NCBI GenBank assembly: GCA_035656915.1
Contig: DASRRJ010000018.1
Coordinates: 49,816-113,815, forward strand
Source of the DNA: Anaeromyxobacteraceae bacterium
Lineage (GTDB): Bacteria; Myxococcota; Myxococcia; Myxococcales; Anaeromyxobacteraceae
Length of the DNA stretch: 64,000 bases
Reading direction: 5' to 3'
Shown here: one piece after another, positions 52,554 through 61,961 of the stretch
How positions within the stretch are numbered: position 1 is the stretch's first letter
How the letters are laid out: each line of letters opens with the position of its first letter
Program-made: the position numbers and the translations under genes
Notes under the pieces: model-generated
What the model was told of the DNA's origin: nothing
What the model saw: only the letters and a program-made list of their open reading frames with translations
Databases searched by the model: none

Positions 52554-54263
52554 GTGAGCGTGCGCTACCACGCGCTCGCCACGGACTACGACGGCACGCT
52601 GGCGACTGCCGCGCGGGTCGGCGCGGAGACCGTCGCAGCCCTGACCCGGCTGCGCGCCTCCGGTCGCCGCCTCGTGCTCGTGACCGGCCGCATCTTCTCC
52701 GACCTGGCGCAGGTCTTTCCCGAGCACGCGCTGTTCGACGTCGTCGTCGCCGAGAACGGCGGGGTCTCCTGCCGGCCTGGCGCGGCCGAGCGCCTCCTGG
52801 CCGAGGCGCCTTCGCCTGCGCTGGCGAAGGCCCTGCGGGCGCGCGGCGTCCCGTTCGATCAGGGGCGGGTCGTCATCGCCACCCGCGAGCCGCACGACGT
52901 GACGGTGCTGGAGGTCATCCGGGAGCTCGGCCTCGAGCTCGACGTGATCTTCAACAAGGGCGCGGTGATGGTGCTGCCCTCCGGCGTGAACAAGCGCACC
53001 GGGCTCGAGGCCGCCCTGGCGGAGCTTGGGCTCACGGCGCACGAGGTGGTGGCCCTCGGGGACGCCGAGAACGACCACACACTCCTGGCGGGCGCGGAGC
53101 TGGGCGTGGCGGTGGAGAACGCGCTGCCCGCGCTGAAGGAGCGCGCCGACCTGGTCACCCGCGGCGCCAGCGGCGCGGGCGTCGAGGAGGTGATCGCAGG
53201 GTTGTTGGCCGACGACCTCGCCGGCCTGGATCCGCCCCGCCACCGCGTGGCCCTGGGCGAAGGCGCCGCGGGCGCGCTCTCCGTCTCGCCCGCCGGCACG
53301 AGGCTGCTGGTCGCCGGCACCTCCGGCAGCGGCAAGAGCACGTTCGCGAGCGGCGTGCTGGAGAAGCTCGTGGAGAAGGGGTACCAGGTCTGCCTGGTGG
53401 ACCCGGAGGGCGACTTCGAGGGCTTCCAGGGCCTGACGCCGCTCGGCTCCGCGGAGCGGACCCCCTCGGTCGAGGAGGTGGTGGCGCTGCTCGCGGAGCC
53501 GGGCATCAGCCCGGCGGTGAGCCTGCTGGGGCTGCCGCTGCGCGACCGCCCGCGCTTCCTGACCGAGCTCTGGCCCAAGCTGCAGCAGCTCCGCGCCAGG
53601 TCCGGGCGCCCGCACTGGCTGGTGGTGGACGAGGCGCACCACATGTTCCCGCGCGCGTTCGACTCGAGCGCCGCGCTGCCCCGCGACCCGGGCGGCCTGC
53701 TGCTCGTCACAGTCCACCCCGACCGGCTCGAGCCCGAGGTGCTGCGGACGGTGAACGCCGCGGTGGCGGTGGGGGAGGGCGCGGCGGCGACGCTCTCCGC
53801 CTTCTTTCGCTCTGCCGGGCTGCCCGGAGGCGGCCCCGCGGAGACGCAAGCGCCCGAGCAGGCGCTCCTGTGGACCGCCCGTTCCGGCGAGACCGTCGCC
53901 TTCCGCCCTGCCCAGCCTCGCGCGGCGCACCAGCGCCACCGGCGGAAGTACGCCTCCGGCGACGTGCACGAGAAGGCGTTCCGGTTCCGGGGGCCAGACG
54001 GCCGCCTCGACCTGCGGGCGCAGAACCTCGAGCTCTTTCTCCAGCTCGCAGACGGGGTGGACGACGAGACCTGGCGCTTCCACCTCGAGAACGGGGACTA
54101 CTCGCGCTGGTTCCGTGAGGCCATCAAGGACGAGGAGCTGGCGCGCGACGCCGCGGAGGTGGAGCGCTCGGCCGGCGGCGACCCACGGGACACCCGCAAG
54201 CGCCTGCGCGAGGCGGTGGAGCGGCGCTACGTCGTGGAGGACGCGGGGGCGGTCGCGCGCTGA
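52554..54263 (+). CDS. Fusion protein: HAD-IIB (Cof/SPP-like) phosphatase domain + HerA/DUF87-like P-loop ATPase domain
   Basis: The GTG start has GGAGAAGGTGAG upstream. The HAD motifs are I LATDYDGTLA, II LVLVTGR and IV GDAENDHTLL. After about 270 aa come Walker A (VAGTSGSGKST), a VDPEGDFEGF box and Walker B (HWLVVDEAHHMF), reminiscent of HerA/FtsK/DUF87 ATPases. Confidence 0.7.
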   Translation: MSVRYHALATDYDGTLATAARVGAETVAALTRLRASGRRLVLVTGRIFSDLAQVFPEHALFDVVVAENGGVSCRPGAAERLLAEAPSPALAKALRARGVPFDQGRVVIATREPHDVTVLEVIRELGLELDVIFNKGAVMVLPSGVNKRTGLEAALAELGLTAHEVVALGDAENDHTLLAGAELGVAVENALPALKERADLVTRGASGAGVEEVIAGLLADDLAGLDPPRHRVALGEGAAGALSVSPAGTRLLVAGTSGSGKSTFASGVLEKLVEKGYQVCLVDPEGDFEGFQGLTPLGSAERTPSVEEVVALLAEPGISPAVSLLGLPLRDRPRFLTELWPKLQQLRARSGRPHWLVVDEAHHMFPRAFDSSAALPRDPGGLLLVTVHPDRLEPEVLRTVNAAVAVGEGAAATLSAFFRSAGLPGGGPAETQAPEQALLWTARSGETVAFRPAQPRAAHQRHRRKYASGDVHEKAFRFRGPDGRLDLRAQNLELFLQLADGVDDETWRFHLENGDYSRWFREAIKDEELARDAAEVERSAGGDPRDTRKRLREAVERRYVVEDAGAVAR

Positions 54264-54332
54264 AGGCCGCCGAGCGCCGCTGCCCTCGAGCCGGGCGGGA
54301 GCCGGGGGAAGATCTCCCGGCTCCCGACTTCC

Positions 54333-54614
54333 TCAGCTGGCGTGCGGCTGCCGGGTCTCGCGGGACGAGACCTCCCGCAGCGTCCTCCCCGCCGCCGCCT
54401 CCTCCTCCAGATCGGCGACGTCGGAGAGGCTGATCACGCCGGCCAGCTTGCCGTCCTGGTCGCAGACCATGATGCGGGACTTGCGGTGGTCCCGCATCAA
54501 CCGCTCCGCGTCCTCGATCGAGTCGCCGGCGCCAGCACGCGGATCGCCAGGTCGCGATCGTTCAAGGTGCCCACCGGCTTGCCGGGGGAGGACATGGAGC
54601 ACGCGTTCACTCAC
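54333..54614 (-). pseudogene. CBS-domain protein remnant (single C-terminal CBS motif; likely truncated)
   Basis: Only one CBS motif is present (MRDHRKSRIMVCDQDGKLAGVISLSDV), preceded by a non-protein-like N-terminus. It is squeezed between the anti-sigma gene end and the HAD-ATPase gene. Confidence 0.35.
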
Positions 54615-54656
54615 GCGATGGAGATGCAGGGAACGAGGGGCGCGAGGGACGCGGGT

Positions 54657-55757
54657 TCAGGGGGACGACGCCCGGCAGGTCACCGCGGGAGCGCCGCTCT
54701 CGACGCCCGACACGCTGCAGGCGAGTGAGCCCACGGCTCGCTGGAACGTGAAGCGCAGCACGCCGTCGCTCCACCGGAGGTCGCGGAGGTCATCGCCCGC
54801 GGAGGCCTCGACGAGCGCGTCGCCGCCCCGCAGCTCGTCGGCGCGCCAGGACGCGACCACTCCCGGATCGTCGCCCGCGCGCAGCTTCTCGATGACCAGG
54901 ACGAGGCCCGAGTCGGCTCGTTCCTTTCGCGCCCGGTAGAGGAACCCGGCGGCGGTGAAGGAGGCGGTCTCCGGGAGGTTCGCGCCCGCGCGGGGGCCGC
55001 TGCGCGAGGTCGTGTCCTCGGCGCTCGCCCTCGCCTTGGCGGCGCCACGCACGCGGGTCGGGGCGGCATTGCTGCGCTGAGCGTCAACCAGCGGCATCGC
55101 TGGGAGGGCCGCGGCGGCGGAGGGTCCGGCGGATGCTTCGCGCCTGGCCTCCGGGGCTGCGGCCGACGAGGAGGGCGCCGCCATCGCCGTGGGAGGTTCG
55201 GCGGCCGCGGTCGCGCGCGGAGGCTCGACCGCGGGCGCGAGCGGGCGTGGCGGTCTTGCTCGCGGGGCCGGCGCTGCGGGCGCGGTCTGGAGGGCCGGCG
55301 GCGCCTCCGGCAGGTCCGGAGACGACGCTGGAGCGGGCGCCGCCGACTCAGAGCGCGGCTCCAGGGCGGGCGCGGCCGCGCGCGAAACCGCTGCGCTCTC
55401 CTCATCGCTGGCGCGGTGAGCCCCCGGTCGCGTGAGCTGGAGCGTCACGCCGAAGGCGACCAGGGCCACGGCCGCCGCGGCTCCAAACGAGAGCGTCGCC
55501 GGGCGTGCAAACCAGCGCCGCTCCGGGCGCGCCCGCACCGCGCGACGCGCCGCTTCCACGAGCTGGTCGCGGTTGCTCCGGGGCGGAGCGCTCTCGCGGA
55601 GCGCGGAGGCGAGCGCGCGGGTGGAGGTGAGGCGCTGCAGCTGCGGGCCGCAGGTGGCGCACTCCCCGGCGTGGCGCGCGACCTCGGCCGCGGTCGCCGG
55701 CTCGAGCTCGCGGTAGGCCAGGTCCAGCAGCAGTTCTTGCGCCTGCTCGTGCGTCAT
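54657..55757 (-). CDS. Zinc-finger (ZAS, HxxxCxxC) anti-sigma factor with TM helix, Pro/Ala-rich linker and C-terminal periplasmic domain
   Basis: The ORF was trimmed to an ATG (MTHEQAQELLLDLAYRELEPATAAEVARHAGECATCGP) that overlaps the sigma stop as ATGA. It has one TM segment (LSFGAAAAVALVAFGVTLQL). The enclosing 1182-aa ORF N-terminus is antisense junk. Confidence 0.75.
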   Translation of the reverse strand: MTHEQAQELLLDLAYRELEPATAAEVARHAGECATCGPQLQRLTSTRALASALRESAPPRSNRDQLVEAARRAVRARPERRWFARPATLSFGAAAAVALVAFGVTLQLTRPGAHRASDEESAAVSRAAAPALEPRSESAAPAPASSPDLPEAPPALQTAPAAPAPRARPPRPLAPAVEPPRATAAAEPPTAMAAPSSSAAAPEARREASAGPSAAAALPAMPLVDAQRSNAAPTRVRGAAKARASAEDTTSRSGPRAGANLPETASFTAAGFLYRARKERADSGLVLVIEKLRAGDDPGVVASWRADELRGGDALVEASAGDDLRDLRWSDGVLRFTFQRAVGSLACSVSGVESGAPAVTCRASSP

Positions 55758-56350
55758 GGCCTCGCGCTCCTGTCGGTCGCCCGGTGGGCGCCGGCCTCCG
55801 GAACCTCTCCCGCGGCGTCGAGCGCCCTGCGCAGGGCCTCGAGCGCGTACCGCATCCGGCTCTTCACCGTCGGCAGGAGCGCGGCGGTGACCTCCGCCAC
55901 CTCCGCGAACGATAGCCCCTCGTACTCGCGCAGGAGGAATACCTCCCGCTGATCCTCGGGCAGCGCCGCGATGGCGCGCTCGAGCGCCGCGCGAAGGAGG
56001 ACGTCGCCCTCCGGTGCGCCCGCGGCCGGCTCCTTGCCGTCCCGACCCGCCGTGCGCTCCAGCGGCTCGTGATCCCGGTGCGCCGTGCGCCGGGCCGCGT
56101 CGGTCGCCAGGTTGCGGGCCACCGCGTACAGCCAGGTCTTGAAGCTCCCGCTCGCCTTCCAGCGCGGAGCCGCGCCGATGAAGCGCATCCAGCAGTCCTG
56201 CGCGAGGTCGTCGGCCCGGGCGGCGTCGCCGACGAACCGGCGGAGGAACCGGAAGACGCCCTGGCGGTGGCGGTCGAGGAGCGCCTCGAACGCCGCCACG
56301 TCGCCTCGCTGGTAGCGAGTCACGAGCGCCTCGTCGGTGTCGTCGACCAC
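55754..56350 (-). CDS. ECF-type RNA polymerase sigma factor (start uncertain)
   Basis: Region 2 (LVTRYQRGDVAAFEALLDRHRQGVFRFLRRFVGD...DLAQDCWMRF) and region 4 (LPEDQREVFLLREYEGLSFAEVAEVT) are present. I placed the start at an internal GTG; the longer ORF start at 56554 would overlap the divergent gene. Confidence 0.7.
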   Translation of the reverse strand: MVDDTDEALVTRYQRGDVAAFEALLDRHRQGVFRFLRRFVGDAARADDLAQDCWMRFIGAAPRWKASGSFKTWLYAVARNLATDAARRTAHRDHEPLERTAGRDGKEPAAGAPEGDVLLRAALERAIAALPEDQREVFLLREYEGLSFAEVAEVTAALLPTVKSRMRYALEALRRALDAAGEVPEAGAHRATDRSARP

Positions 56351-56507
56351 GCCTCTCCCCGGCTCTCCGCGCCGTTCCTTCCAGGGTGAACGCAACGAGC
56401 TCGGAAATGGATCTGGCACATCCGAGCCGGGGCCGCCAGGACGGCCTGCGCCAGGCGCGTAGATCCTTCTCAGGCCTGGTGCGTTCCACCGGGCAGGAGG
56501 ATTCACC

Positions 56508-57323
56508 ATGCGCCTCACGGCCGTCGCCGCCTGCCTCGCCGTCTTCGTCGCCACTGCGCCGCTTCACGCTTTCGCGAGGGACCTCGCTCCCGGTCGCTGG
56601 GGGAGCTACTCCGTCGAGCTGCTGGACGAGGCGGGGCGGGTGCTGCCCACCTACGACCACGGGGGGCGCACCTACGTCCTCGGCGCGCTCGGCGGGCGCT
56701 ACATGATCCGGGTGGCGAACGGCTCGCCGCGGCGGCTGGAGGTGGTGGTCTCGGTGGACGGCCGCGACGTCCTCGACGGCCGCCCGGCGGAGTGGGGCAA
56801 GCGCGGCTACCTGGTCGAGCCGCACGGCGCCGTCACCATCGACGGCTACCGCCTGACGCAGGAGGCGGTGGCCGCCTTCCGGTTCTCGAGCGTGCCGCGG
56901 TCGTACGCCGCGCTCGAGGGGAACGCGCGCGACGTCGGCGTCATCGGCGTGGCGGTCTTCCCCGAGCGGGAGGTGGCGCTCGCGCCGCGGCCGGACGCGC
57001 GCGCGCTCCGCTCCGAGGCGGCGCCCGCCGCGCCGGGGATGGCCGGCGCCAAGGCGATGCGCCGCAATGGGCTCGGCACCGAGTTCGGGGAGGAGCGCGC
57101 CTCGCACGTGGAGCAGGTCCCCTTCGAGCGCGCCCGCGCGCGGCCCGACGTGGTCCTCTCGCTGCGCTACGACGACCGGGAAGGGCTGCTGGCGGCCGGC
57201 GTCCCCCTCGAGCCGCGCCGCTGCGGAGAGCAGGCGCTGCGCCACGACGCCGACCCGTTCCGCCGCGATGTCGGCTACGCCGCGCCGCCGCCCGGCTGGC
57301 GCGGGGCGAGCGCGCGGGATTGA
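56508..57323 (+). CDS. Secreted hypothetical protein (signal peptide), divergent from the ECF sigma/anti-sigma pair
   Basis: AGGAGG sits 6 nt upstream. The signal peptide is MRLTAVAACLAVFVATAPLHAFA. GC3 is high. 271 aa. Confidence 0.6.
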   Translation: MRLTAVAACLAVFVATAPLHAFARDLAPGRWGSYSVELLDEAGRVLPTYDHGGRTYVLGALGGRYMIRVANGSPRRLEVVVSVDGRDVLDGRPAEWGKRGYLVEPHGAVTIDGYRLTQEAVAAFRFSSVPRSYAALEGNARDVGVIGVAVFPEREVALAPRPDARALRSEAAPAAPGMAGAKAMRRNGLGTEFGEERASHVEQVPFERARARPDVVLSLRYDDREGLLAAGVPLEPRRCGEQALRHDADPFRRDVGYAAPPPGWRGASARD

Positions 57324-57377
57324 GCGCTGCGGCCCCGGTGCGCCTCCTCTGGTAGCCTGCCATCGGGAGGTCGGGCG

Positions 57378-58061
57378 ATGGACGAAAGGACGCGGCAGCT
57401 CCTCGAGCGCATCCGGAGCTTCGCGATGCCGCAGGGGCCGGTGGAGTGCCGAGGGACCTGGCTTCGACAGGTGGGCGAGATGCGGTTCGCGCCCGACCGC
57501 TCCTGGTTTCCGTTCGAGGCGGAGCAGTGGTTCGAGGGAGACGGCATCGACTTCCGCTGGAAGGCCCGCGCGCGGCTGGCGGCGCTCGTGCGCGCCAGCG
57601 TGGTCGACGCGTTCGAGGCCGGCCGCGGCGCGCTCACCGCACGGCTGTTCGGTGTCATCCCGGTCGCCAGGGCCCGGGGTCCCGCGACGGACCAGGGTGA
57701 GGCGCTCCGCGGCCTCGCGGAGCTTCCCTGGCGGCCATTCGCGTTTCGCGAAGGGCCGGGCATCGCCTTTGAGGCGACCGGCTCGGACAGGCTGCGCGCC
57801 ACCTTCGACGACGGCAGGACCCGCGCGACCGTCGAGTACGAGGTCGACGCCGAGGGCCGGGTGCTCGGGGCCGCGGCCTCGAGCCGGCCGCGCGTCGTCG
57901 GCAAGTCGACCGTGGAGACGCCCTGGGCGGGAGTCTTCCGGGAGTACCGTACGTTCGATCGCCTCCGGGTGCCGACCGAGGCGGAGGTGTCCTGGCAGCT
58001 GCCCGAGGGTGCCTTCACGTACTGGCGAGGGCGGGTCGTGGAGTTGAGGATCTTGCCGTAG
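57378..58061 (+). CDS. Hypothetical protein
   Basis: GGGAGG SD. 227 aa with high GC3. No family is recognised. Confidence 0.55.
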   Translation: MDERTRQLLERIRSFAMPQGPVECRGTWLRQVGEMRFAPDRSWFPFEAEQWFEGDGIDFRWKARARLAALVRASVVDAFEAGRGALTARLFGVIPVARARGPATDQGEALRGLAELPWRPFAFREGPGIAFEATGSDRLRATFDDGRTRATVEYEVDAEGRVLGAAASSRPRVVGKSTVETPWAGVFREYRTFDRLRVPTEAEVSWQLPEGAFTYWRGRVVELRILP

Positions 58062-58169
58062 CGAAACGCCGGCGCGCCCTTGCACGGCGGAGACGTTCGC
58101 GCGAAGTAGGAGAGCGCGGCGCGCCGTGCCGTGCCGTGTCGACGAAGGGTCCGCCCAGGAGCAACGAGG

Positions 58170-59195
58170 ATGAGAGTCGTCCATTCCGCACTGCACGCTC
58201 GCCACGACGGGGGCAAGGAACTCTACCGCGGTGAGCTGGTGCCGTGCTTCGAGTCGCCGGCGCGGGCCGACCTCATCCTCCGGGCGGTGCAGCGCGCCGG
58301 CTTCGAGGTGAGCGAGCCTCGCGCCCTCTCCGCGGAGGCGCTCCTAGGGGTCCACGACGCGGGGTTCGTCGAGTTCCTGCGGACCGCTCACCGCGAGTGG
58401 CGGGCCACCGGCAGGGGCGGGTTCATGCTGCCGAGCGCGTTCCCCGCGCGCGGCCTGCGCCGCGATCACGCCCCCTCGGGCATCCACGGGCGGATGGGCT
58501 ACTACTGCTTCGACCCCGGGACGCCGATCGTGGAGGGCACCTGGGACGCCGCGCTCGCGTCGGCCGGGTGCGCGCTCACCGCCGCCGCGCTGGTCGCCGA
58601 GGGCGCCACCAGCGCCTACGCCCTGTGCCGGCCCCCCGGGCACCACGCCGGCCGCGCCGTCTACGGCGGCTACTGCTTCCTCAACAACGCCGCGCTGGCG
58701 GCGCAGCGCCTCCGCGACCTGGGCCTCGGCCGGGTGGCGGTGCTCGACGTGGACGCGCACCACGGCAACGGGACCCAGCAGATCTTCTGGGAGCGCGCCG
58801 ACGTGCTCTACGTCTCGATCCACGGCACCCCCGAGACCGAGTACCCGTACTTCCTCGGCTACGCCGACGAGCGCGGGGCCGGGGCAGGGGAGGGCTTCAC
58901 CCGCAACTTCCCCCTGCCGCGGGAGGCGGCCTGGGCGGAGTACGGCCCCACGCTCGACGCGGCGCTCGACGTCGTGGCCCGGTTCACGCCGGCCGCCCTG
59001 GTGGTCTCGCTCGGCGTGGACACCTTCGCCGGTGATCCGATCAGCCCCATCGCGCTCGAGCGCGAGCACTTTCCGCTCATCGGCCAGCGGCTCGCCACGC
59101 TCCGCGTGCCGACGGTGATCGTCCAGGAGGGCGGTTACGCCCTGGAGGACATCGGGGCGAACGTCGTGGGGGTGCTGAGCGGCTTCGAGGGGTGA
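58170..59195 (+). CDS. Histone deacetylase-family protein (acetoin utilization AcuC / acetylpolyamine amidohydrolase-like)
   Basis: The ORF was trimmed to Met14 (GAGG SD). HDAC motifs are present: PPGHHA, DVDAHHGNGTQ and a Gly-rich loop. Confidence 0.85.
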   Translation: MRVVHSALHARHDGGKELYRGELVPCFESPARADLILRAVQRAGFEVSEPRALSAEALLGVHDAGFVEFLRTAHREWRATGRGGFMLPSAFPARGLRRDHAPSGIHGRMGYYCFDPGTPIVEGTWDAALASAGCALTAAALVAEGATSAYALCRPPGHHAGRAVYGGYCFLNNAALAAQRLRDLGLGRVAVLDVDAHHGNGTQQIFWERADVLYVSIHGTPETEYPYFLGYADERGAGAGEGFTRNFPLPREAAWAEYGPTLDAALDVVARFTPAALVVSLGVDTFAGDPISPIALEREHFPLIGQRLATLRVPTVIVQEGGYALEDIGANVVGVLSGFEG

Positions 59196-59251
59196 GGTGA
59201 CGGGGCTCCCCACGAAGGCCCGGTCCTGACGGGCGCGCGCGGCGCTGCTGT

Positions 59252-59989
59252 CTAGCGAGGCGCGCCGCTGCCGCTCATGGCCATGCCGATGACCAGCTGG
59301 ACGAGCACGGGCCTCCCGGGACCGACGTCTGGCGAGACGCGCAGCACGTAGCCCGGGAGCGCGACCCCGCTCCCGCGCAGCGGCGTGTAGACCGCGATCT
59401 CCGGGAAGACTCGCAAGCTTGGCGTGACCTCCATCGAGACCCCGAGCGTGCCGCCAGCGAAGAGCGCGTCGGGGGCATACCCCGAGTTCTTGCCCATCCC
59501 GCTGCCCCACTCTCTCGCGAGCGTGGGGCCGATGACCACCGCATGCTGACCAAAAGCGCCAAAGCGGGCGTCGCCGAGCAGGGTGAGCTTCGCAAGCGCC
59601 ATCTCCCACGCTTCATCATCGCCATTCGAGCCGACGGCGCCCTGGAGGGCTGGAGCGAGCGCGACGTCGAAGCGGTTGCCGCGAAAGACTTGAACGGTCC
59701 CATTGACCTCGATACTCGAGAGCGTGGTCTTCACGCCGAGGTCCAACCATTCGGTGAGCCCATAGCGCACTTGCGCCTCGAGCCCAGGGGAGAGGCGCGC
59801 CTGCTCGGTGGTGTCGGTCGGCGAGGGGCGCGCTCCGTTCAGGAACGCCGTGGCTCCCGAGACCGGTCGAGCCGTGATCCCGGCCGCCGCGACATCCACG
59901 CGGAAGACGCCGGGGTCGACCGTCCGCGCCTCCTTCAAGCTCGAATACGAAGCACACCCGGAAACGAGGGCGATGAAGACGGTTGGCAT
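59252..59989 (-). CDS. Lipoprotein, hypothetical
   Basis: The ORF was trimmed to Met66 (MPTVFIALVSGCAS, lipobox VSGC). It is 245 aa with a beta-rich pattern. The upstream 65 codons are junk. Confidence 0.55.
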   Translation of the reverse strand: MPTVFIALVSGCASYSSLKEARTVDPGVFRVDVAAAGITARPVSGATAFLNGARPSPTDTTEQARLSPGLEAQVRYGLTEWLDLGVKTTLSSIEVNGTVQVFRGNRFDVALAPALQGAVGSNGDDEAWEMALAKLTLLGDARFGAFGQHAVVIGPTLAREWGSGMGKNSGYAPDALFAGGTLGVSMEVTPSLRVFPEIAVYTPLRGSGVALPGYVLRVSPDVGPGRPVLVQLVIGMAMSGSGAPR

Positions 59990-60306
59990 GAGCCGGCGCG
60001 ACGTCGCCTGGAGCACGTGGGTCCACCTCCGTGCACCCAGAGTGTCACGCCGAGACCACGCTGACAAAGCGAACTCGTCATTGCCTGCTGCGCCGAGTCC
60101 AGGCACTCGACGAACGGCGCCAACTACCCGAACGATTCGGTGTTCGAGTTGCTGATTCCCGGCGAGCGGGTCGCGATCCGCCACGTCTCCGGTCCGCGCC
60201 TCACGCTCACCGTCACGCTCGCGGCGGAGGGCGCGGCGACCGTGCGGCGCTTCGCCGTCCCCCGCGAACGAGGAGAACCTCGACCGGCTCGAGGTGGAGC
60301 TGGACG

Positions 60307-61317
60307 TCAGGGTAGCGCGACGGCGCCCTTCGTCCGTTCGTGGGCGAGCCGTTCACCCCGCGCTGCCGCCACGCCCAGGCCCCACGTCACCGCGAGCGTG
60401 AGGAGGCACGCGATCCCGAGCGCGACGTAGCGGTGCACCATCGCGTGCATGGCCCAGCCGTAGACCTGGGTCAGCTTCGACGGATCGGAGAGCCCGACGC
60501 CCTCGATCTCTCCGAACGGGACCGCGTCGAGGTCCGTGAGGGCCGCCCACCAGGTGGCGAAGGTGTCCACGAAGGCGGACGCGCCGATGACCAGGAACCC
60601 CCAGCGCAGCTGTCCCCGGTAGACCTGCGTGTCGCGCCCGCAGAAGAAGGAACTCATGAGGAGGGTGCCGAGCACGAGGGCTCCCCCGTCGCCTCCGAAG
60701 ACGATCAGCGCCTGCGCGGTCCGCGGGCTCGCGAGGAGGGTGCCCGCGAGCTGGAGCGACAGCACGACGGCGCCTGCCCAGGTCCAGGCCGCCCGGCGGG
60801 CGCGCCGCCCCGCCACGATGAGCCACGCGCCGGCGGCGGCCACGAGCAGCACGATCGGCCACCCGCGCGCCTCGGCCGTGTACGTGACCCAGAGTCCCGG
60901 GAAGGCGGCGAAGCCGCAGAGCCAGGAGGTCACGGCGTGCCCGGACTCGTGCACCATCATCGACAGGAACGTCCGCTGCAAGAAGTGCCCGAGCGGCCAG
61001 TGGTGGAAGAGCGCGGCGAGCGCCAGCGCCGCGGGGACGGCGCCGAGCCGGAGTCGCCACTCGAGCCGGAGCTCGTCGGCGCGCCCGTCGAACGCGGGGC
61101 CAGCCTCGGGGGGCTCCCAGCCTGCCGGCGCGGCGAGGTCGTCCCCAGGCGTTGTGGCCAGGGGTGGCGCGGCGACGTCGTCCATCGGGGCGGCTGGCGG
61201 CCCTGGCGCGACCGCCCCTGCCCGGAGCGCCTCCGCCTTGGCGTAGACGGCGCCACAGGAGGCGCACTTCGGCCCTGGGCCGCGGGGGGCATCGCACCAG
61301 GCGCAGGTCGCGAGCAT
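60307..61317 (-). CDS. Membrane zinc-metalloprotease-like protein (HExxH) with N-terminal zinc-ribbon
   Basis: An N-terminal CxxC...CxxC (CAWCDA...CASCG) is followed by a Pro-rich linker. A polytopic membrane domain carries MVHESGHAV (HExxH) at a TM boundary, suggesting an M50/M48-like peptidase. Confidence 0.55.
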   Translation of the reverse strand: MLATCAWCDAPRGPGPKCASCGAVYAKAEALRAGAVAPGPPAAPMDDVAAPPLATTPGDDLAAPAGWEPPEAGPAFDGRADELRLEWRLRLGAVPAALALAALFHHWPLGHFLQRTFLSMMVHESGHAVTSWLCGFAAFPGLWVTYTAEARGWPIVLLVAAAGAWLIVAGRRARRAAWTWAGAVVLSLQLAGTLLASPRTAQALIVFGGDGGALVLGTLLMSSFFCGRDTQVYRGQLRWGFLVIGASAFVDTFATWWAALTDLDAVPFGEIEGVGLSDPSKLTQVYGWAMHAMVHRYVALGIACLLTLAVTWGLGVAAARGERLAHERTKGAVALP

Positions 61318-61470
61318 CGGGGTCAGTATCTCACGCCATCGTCCGCGCGCGGCCGCCGTAGGTCGCGACGGCGAAGGAGGTCTGCGTGCAGCACCCCAGG
61401 ATCCTCGGCCTGGCCGTGACCTGACTTACGTTACGAGCCGTTTAGCGTCGGGAGGGCAGGTCAAGAAGGC

Positions 61471-61773
61471 TCACCGGGCGCGCCGCACGCGTTGCAGCCC
61501 CACCGTGAGCGCGGCCGCGATGCCGATGGCCGCGGCGAGATGGAGGAGGAGCGACGGGTCACGTCCGAGGACGGCCCGCAGCACGTCGCGGGACGCGAAC
61601 AGCCACGCGAGCGGGACCGCGGCCAGCGCGTCGTCCTGCCATGGCGCGGTCTCGGGCGACCGCAGGGCGCGATCGCGCCGATGCAGGGCCCTCAGGGTGA
61701 AGAACCCGACCGCCCAGAAGAGCAGGGGCACCCCGATGGCCCAAACGGCACGCCACGCGAGCGATTCACTCAT
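61471..61773 (-). CDS. Small membrane protein, hypothetical
   Basis: 100 aa with 3 TM segments and high GC3 from codon 5 onward. Confidence 0.45.
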   Translation of the reverse strand: MSESLAWRAVWAIGVPLLFWAVGFFTLRALHRRDRALRSPETAPWQDDALAAVPLAWLFASRDVLRAVLGRDPSLLLHLAAAIGIAAALTVGLQRVRRAR

Positions 61774-61961
61774 CGGCAGTGCCCTCCGTCGAGGCCGCCC
61801 CGGCCTCCTGCATTCCGGCCGAGCATGCTCCGACGTATAGCACGGCGTAGCGGACCCTCGGCCGCCGGCGCGGCGCGGTCGGTCCGCTTTGGAGTAGAGC
61901 AGCCCAGCGGAGTTGTGCCGCCACCTCTTCGAAGGAATACATCCTTCGCCGGAGGGCAGTC

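Noticed and set aside
54657-58205. 1182-aa minus ORF N-terminal 800 codons
   Set aside because: That part is antisense to the sigma factor and the + strand genes at 56508 and 57378. Only the C-terminal 366 aa (the ZAS anti-sigma) are real.
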